DNA of 63,078 nucleotides, counting the filler, from Stramenopiles sp. TOSAG23-6 (taxonomy: Eukaryota): assembly GCA_900128565.1 (NCBI GenBank). It is 23 parts of 23 records of this genome, joined end to end, with 100 filler letters (N's around TTAATTAATTAA, not from the genome) between each part and the next. Parts side by side here need not be neighbours in the genome. Positions count along the whole stretch, not along the records: positions 57,733 to 60,355 come from LT637910.1; positions 60,456 to 63,078 come from LT637911.1; 21 more parts are not named here. One strand, 5' to 3'. Positions 57,733-63,078 of this stretch are shown here, one piece after another. The translations under genes and the position numbers were made by a program. Each line of letters begins with the position of its first letter. Position 1 is the first letter of the stretch. The notes under the pieces are model-generated. The model saw nothing but the letters and a program-made list of their open reading frames with translations, was not told the origin of the DNA and searched no databases.

Positions 57733-60355
57733 CTGTAGAGACTCATTCTCCATAAGAGTACAACCTTGGGAAACCGCAGAGAAAGGTAAGAAGCATATCC
57801 ATTGCAAAAGTGGAACTTTATCATCTTCTAAGACTTCACGGAGCATTGGTTCTATCGTTGAAAATAAGGCAATAATTCCATAAAATATCCCAAAAGAACG
57901 AGAATTCTTTAGCAACATCGCTGCAATATACCCAATGATCACAGTTGTCATACCAGTAATGAATATAAGTATCATTAAAGGTAGTAATGGATATGAAATT
58001 TGGTGTTTTTGTTCATCATCTGAGACTAATACATATACGAGGAAAGTCCAAAGAATTGAATACACAAAGCAAACAATGATATGTAAAATTGCTTGGCCTA
58101 ACCAATATACATTTGGTGGTAATCCCATTGCTACCATCATTGTACGGCGACCATGCTGTAAGTCACCAGCAATTGTTTGACACATCATGAGTAATATGGT
58201 ATTCAAAATATTAATATACATTGGAACATTCTCAGGCAAATAGTATATAATAGGAGAAAAAATAACAACATCAAAAAGCAAACCAAAGATGCTGTCCATA
58301 CTACCTAAAGATGAAAACATAAACATTGCCTTCAACTGATTTGAAAACACTTCCTCACGTGAGACAAGCACCATTTCAGGAATTTCTTTCGCTTCTATTT
58401 GATCAGTTTCTTCAACTTTACCAATTTCAATGGAATCAGTATCAAAATGTGAAGAATTAGATCTCAATTCTTTAAATTCTATATCAATAGGATCATCTTT
58501 TCGAGACTTTCGCTTCTTTCGATTCGATTCAAGCCATTTTCTATGTTGACATTCACTATCAGCAATGTTCCTTGCCTCTTCTTCAAGTGTCAATCGTATA
58601 AAGACTTCCTCTAATGTCGCTTGCTCAAGACCATACGATGGAATCCTACCCTCTGCTTTTTCCACATCTAGGGAACGCAGTAAAGCAGGAAATTCGGCAA
58701 TTGATTGTAAAGGAAGTATATATACTTCTTCCACCAATGTTTTTCTAAGAAGCGATGCACCTGGAATATACTCTTTCACAATTTGAGCCACATTTCTTTC
58801 TCCAAAGGAAACAAATTTATCTTTTACTATTTTTGATTCTTGGTCTGGTAAACAAATTTTATCTAATGGGATATTTGACATCTTTGATATACTTAACCGT
58901 CTTTTAGAATTGAATTTTTGACGATCTGTAAAAGCTACATGAAGGTAATATCCTTGTCCATGTTTGGCCTTAATAGCAAGTGTTGTTCCTGCAGAAAGAA
59001 CCTTTCCGCGTGCAAGAATTATAGTATGATCTGCTAATATTTCAGCTTCATGCATTGCATGTGTAGTAAGTATCACACATTTCCCATGCCGTTTTAAATC
59101 TTTAATTATTTGTCTGATTACAACTTTACCCATTGCATCAATTCCAGCTGTTGGTTCATCAAGAATAATGACAGCTGGATCACCAAGTATAGCAATGCCA
59201 ATTGCAAGTCTACGTTTCTGGACTCCAGAGAGAAATTTTGCTTTGACATGACGAACGTCTTCTGAATCAAGACCGACAATACGAAGGGCAGTATTTACAG
59301 CAAGATCTGCTCGAGTGTTTTTTTCATTACTATTTATAAATCTCTCAAAAATTCCATCTCCAAAGCGCTTGCCACGTTTGCCGTATCCACGGAGTGTAGC
59401 AAACCAGTATAATGTTTCTTCCGCACTTAATTTATGATCAAGCGCATCACCCTGAGGAACATAACCAACTTTAATTGTTTGAAATATTTCTTCATTATCT
59501 AATCCAACACGATATGATTCACTGCGAGGCATTTTGAAAGTCACAATACCATTAATACTTTGAAAGCCAAGTATACAATTGATCAATGTACTCTTGCCTG
59601 CACCATTGTGACCTAATAATGCTGTAACTTGTCCCGCAGGAAATACACAACTAACATCTTTTAGTGCATACACACTTTTAAAATATGAATCAAAGTATCC
59701 GCCACATATCGATTTTTTACTATTTCGTTTTCCACATTTAGTGAAATACAATGGAATCTTGGGACACAAACAACAAAAAGAAAATAATCGACCTGGATAT
59801 ATTTTTTCTCCTCGTTGTACTGCAATTCCTCCACCTGTACGGCATAATTCTTTTTCAATTGAAGAATTATCTGAGATAATATCTAATTCATGTAATCTAT
59901 GACCACGATTTGACTCTAAATTATCGTCTTGTAAAGTAGAAGAATGATAATGACGCTTCCTTCTACGGCGTGGTACACACCAAAAACATGACCTGTTACC
60001 ACCTCCTTCACTAATTGAATCAATATAAAACCATATTGAACTCCAGAAAATAATATCAAATATTAACCAGCAAAACATTGCAGGTAAAGAAAATAATGTG
60101 TCATCACCCATTACTAAATCAGACAATGAACTACCAGGTTTCAACATATTTAAAAGTGTTAGAATAGTACCTTCAATATCACCGTCCGTTATTAGAGCAA
60201 ACTGCATCATCCTACCTGAAGCTAATACAGGATGTAGACAGAATAAACACTTATATAGTACTGATGAAGATTCAGCATCAGCATGAACCAATGTTCCCAG
60301 AACTACTGGATCTGCAAAAAGAAACATTGTCATTGGATAAGCTATAAGACCAGTG
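57733..60355 (-). CDS. ABC transporter subfamily A, internal fragment (end of TMD1, NBD1, start of TMD2)
   Basis: ALLGHNGAGKST, VGYVPQ, LSGVQKRRL, ILDEPTAGID, LTTHAMHEAEILAD, LAIKAKHGQGYYL, TLEEVF. Confidence 0.93.
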
Positions 60356-61090
60356 NNNNNNNNNNNNNNNNNNNNNNNNNNNNNNNNNNNNNNNNNNNNT
60401 TAATTAATTAANNNNNNNNNNNNNNNNNNNNNNNNNNNNNNNNNNNNNNNNNNNNCGAAACTATCTGCATCTGTCTTCCAATTATCGTTACGCTTCCAAC
60501 CCTTCCAATGGTTTCCCTTAGTATTATCATACAATACAGTTAAAGCTTCTCTTTCCAATAACTTACGAATACCTTTTACACGGCTTAGCCATTGGCTTGA
60601 GGACTCGTTTCCAACTTTAGCGACGGGATTAACATCTTCATTTACACTTAGTGCTTTCATCAGTGAAATCCCCATATTAAATGCGCGCGAGTGAAATACA
60701 AATTCATAGGTAAAGAGGAAGCGATGCTTAATCTTATGCTTTGTGCTCGTAATGCCTGTTCCGTGTTGTTAGGATTTAATGCTCCTTTACTTTCTCTTAT
60801 ACTTATTGTCACCAATAATAGCAGTATAATGCATGAATGATTCATTTTGAAAAATAGTTGCAAATAGTTTCGTCTTTGTTTTGTTTTTGCATCGATGCGC
60901 ACAACAACAAGCACTATCGGTTGGTCAGCTCGGGTCATATACCTTTGGCTCGGGTCAGCTGACCAAAAAATGCTAAATTTAGTACGAAATTCTCTATATA
61001 ATCCGGAAAATTTACCGTCTACAGTATACGCACCAACCTATACTACCAAGTACCTACCCGCTAGTTCCTGACAAGAAGAAGCTCTTAAAA

Positions 61091-61834
61091 ATGCTTACAA
61101 TGAATAGAATGTTATTGTCGCTGCATCAAGCGCAACTGCCCACACAGAACACGATAATCTTGACGCATCTTTTTTCTTGGACAAAATTTCACTCCGCGAT
61201 TTCTCTTATATATTTCATCTTGTTAGCATTTTTTGGACTTATTCGTGAACGCGACCGCAATTTCTTCTCACTTGCAGAAAGACATGCTACTCGTCTTGAT
61301 GCAATGGGTGAGCTAGCGCTATTATATCACCGATTTAATAATTTTCGAGAACCTGAGATGGTGACATTTCCTGGCTTTGAGTACAGCAACGAAAAGAGAC
61401 ACTACAGTGAGAGAATGAAACACGCCATAGAAAAGGCACAAGCAAATATAGTCAATGCATATTCAATTGAACATTTCTATGAAGCATTACAGAAAACTAA
61501 AAAGATTGAAATGTTGACTGATGATTTCTCTTTATTTCTATCCGAGAAACCTTTGGAATCTGAAAGCAAATTAATTTTGAGTGAAATAAAATCGAATATC
61601 GACAAAGTTCAGAATAGCTTAAATGAGGGTTTGAGAAGATTGAAACGAATGGGAAATCTGAGTCGTCTACTTTTGTACTTTTACCCTAAAAAATATGATA
61701 AATATCTAGACTTTCAACTTGGATGCAGATTACGAAAAAGAAAAAAAGAACGTTATAAAAAGGTGCTGCTACTGACACAGAAAAAAATACCAAACGAAAT
61801 TGTTCAGAGTATTTTGGAATTTGAATCAGAATAG
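61091..61834 (+). CDS. Hypothetical protein
   Basis: 247-aa intronless ORF ending KIPNEIVQSILEF; no family recognised. Confidence 0.5.
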   Translation: MLTMNRMLLSLHQAQLPTQNTIILTHLFSWTKFHSAISLIYFILLAFFGLIRERDRNFFSLAERHATRLDAMGELALLYHRFNNFREPEMVTFPGFEYSNEKRHYSERMKHAIEKAQANIVNAYSIEHFYEALQKTKKIEMLTDDFSLFLSEKPLESESKLILSEIKSNIDKVQNSLNEGLRRLKRMGNLSRLLLYFYPKKYDKYLDFQLGCRLRKRKKERYKKVLLLTQKKIPNEIVQSILEFESE

Positions 61835-62562
61835 TCTCAGAAAAGTAAAAATAAAAAAAAATAAAATAAATACTCCATAAAATAGAAAGTAAAAAAAAGA
61901 CTCAGTGTTTATTTAGTATTAGTATTTACTAAAAAAAAAACACGGAATATCTTTTTCGTCAAAAATAGCAAAACACGAACTCGTTCAGTTCACACCGTCG
62001 GTCACTTCACTAATACTTTTTAAAGTTTTTTTGATTAGTGTTTCTTCAAACTTTTGTCAAGAAAAGTTCTAGTGGTTGGATAGAATGACATCTTTTGACT
62101 TTGGACAAATTGATAGAATGATGTCAACATCTTTTGACTTTGGAGGAATTGATGACAGTGAAGATTCAGCAGCAGATGTTAAATATTAGTTGGCGCATGG
62201 ATGCACAGAATAGTTTCTCTGACTGGACAATTACAATTAAAAGTGAGAGCGCAATGACACATATAAAAAATAACAAGAAGCTGTGAAAAATGAATAAAAT
62301 ATTTTGTTTTCTTTGCGCAACCCTATTTTTTCAATTTAAAAAATTGTTAATTCATAGTAAGAAATTATTTATTACACAAATATAAATAAATAATTAACAA
62401 GAATCATCACAACCAAGATTCAGGAAACCTTACTATATATACAACCCTAGGGACTTTTGCGATTTCGGACATTTTAAACTACTCCCCTGACCTCCCATTT
62501 AGCCACTAATCTACTTCTGTGATATGCATGTCTGACTCACTATTTGTTATGCTTGTCAACAT

Positions 62563-63078
62563 TCAAATATAGATTTCTAAATTTTTGTCAATTTCTTTTG
62601 GAATTGGACCAGATAGTTTGTTGCCTGGAAAGCGTAAACGTAGAAGGCGTAAACATCGAAGATTCGTTAGTTGACCAATTTCTTTTGGAATTGGACCAGA
62701 TAGTTTGTTATCAGACAAGTTCAAAAATGTAAGATTTGTAAGTTGACCAATTTCTTTTGGAATTGGACCAGATAGTTGGTTGCCATTCAAGCTCAAAGAT
62801 TCGAGATTTGTTAGTTGACCAATTTCATTTGGAATTGAACCAGATAGGTTGTTCCCTTTCAACCACAAATCTTTGAGATTTATTAGTTGACCAATTTCCG
62901 TTGGTATTGTACCAGATAATTGGTTGTTGTACAAATTCAAAATTTTGAGATTTGTTAGTTGACCAATTTCAGTTGGTATTGTACCAGATAGTTGGTTGTT
63001 ATACAAGTACAATGTTTCGAGCTTTTTTAGTTGACCAATTTCCGTTGGAATTGAACCAGTTAGTTGATTTTTATACAA
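62563..63078 (-). CDS. Leucine-rich repeat protein (24-aa plant/RLK-type LRRs), 5'-partial
   Basis: Repeated LxLxxNQLSGPIPKEIGQLTNL. Confidence 0.92.
   Translation of the reverse strand: MYKNQLTGSIPTEIGQLKKLETLYLYNNQLSGTIPTEIGQLTNLKILNLYNNQLSGTIPTEIGQLINLKDLWLKGNNLSGSIPNEIGQLTNLESLSLNGNQLSGPIPKEIGQLTNLTFLNLSDNKLSGPIPKEIGQLTNLRCLRLLRLRFPGNKLSGPIPKEIDKNLEIYI

Larger units (their letters stand above)
1..63078. other. Concatenated assembly of 23 contigs separated by N-run/TTAATTAATTAA/N-run linkers
   Basis: An identical linker with stops in all six frames recurs every ~2.75 kb. Contig lengths fall steadily from 2661 to ~2623 bp. Adjacency across linkers is artificial. Confidence 0.97.

Noticed and set aside
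60456-60938. Two overlapping short minus-strand ORFs at a contig start
   Set aside because: Possibly a frameshifted secreted-protein 5' end, but there is no recognisable homology to support a call.
1-63078. Alternative genetic code
   Set aside because: Conserved genes read through under the standard code once introns are removed, and TAA, TAG and TGA all appear as terminators.

Overview
This is not one locus. It is 23 short contigs (about 2.62-2.66 kb each, in decreasing length order) joined by N-TTAATTAATTAA-N linkers, from an AT-rich microbial eukaryote, probably a flagellated protist MAG/SAG (taxon not determinable here). Contigs 1-3 are identical, contigs 19-20 are identical, and contig 11 is a hairpin palindrome. 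Recognisable genes: GINS SLD5, TAF7, an ankyrin-repeat protein, CHMP2, a triple HMG-box protein, Sel1-MYND, Nup96, a TCP11-domain protein, a Copia reverse transcriptase, a WW-GYF protein, prolyl oligopeptidase, an HTTM protein, a ubiquitin E2, glycine decarboxylase P, a calflagin-like EF-hand protein, a microbial-type PARG, an ABCA transporter and an LRR protein. The main discovery is an abundant family of about 85-235 nt introns. They share a GTAYGT-type donor, a palindromic TTCGTACGAAATTTTGTACCTAAC core and a TTTT(C)CA(A/C)AATACAT-type 3' end. Most do not end in AG: of 37 complete non-redundant introns reconstructed by hand, 22 end in AT, 13 in AG, 1 in TT and 1 in GT. Removing them at these boundaries restores reading frames and conserved motifs. 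Two copies sit in one unit of a local repeat whose other units are empty, which suggests a mobile (introner-like) origin combined with AG-independent 3' splice-site choice. All splice boundaries are inferred from DNA only.
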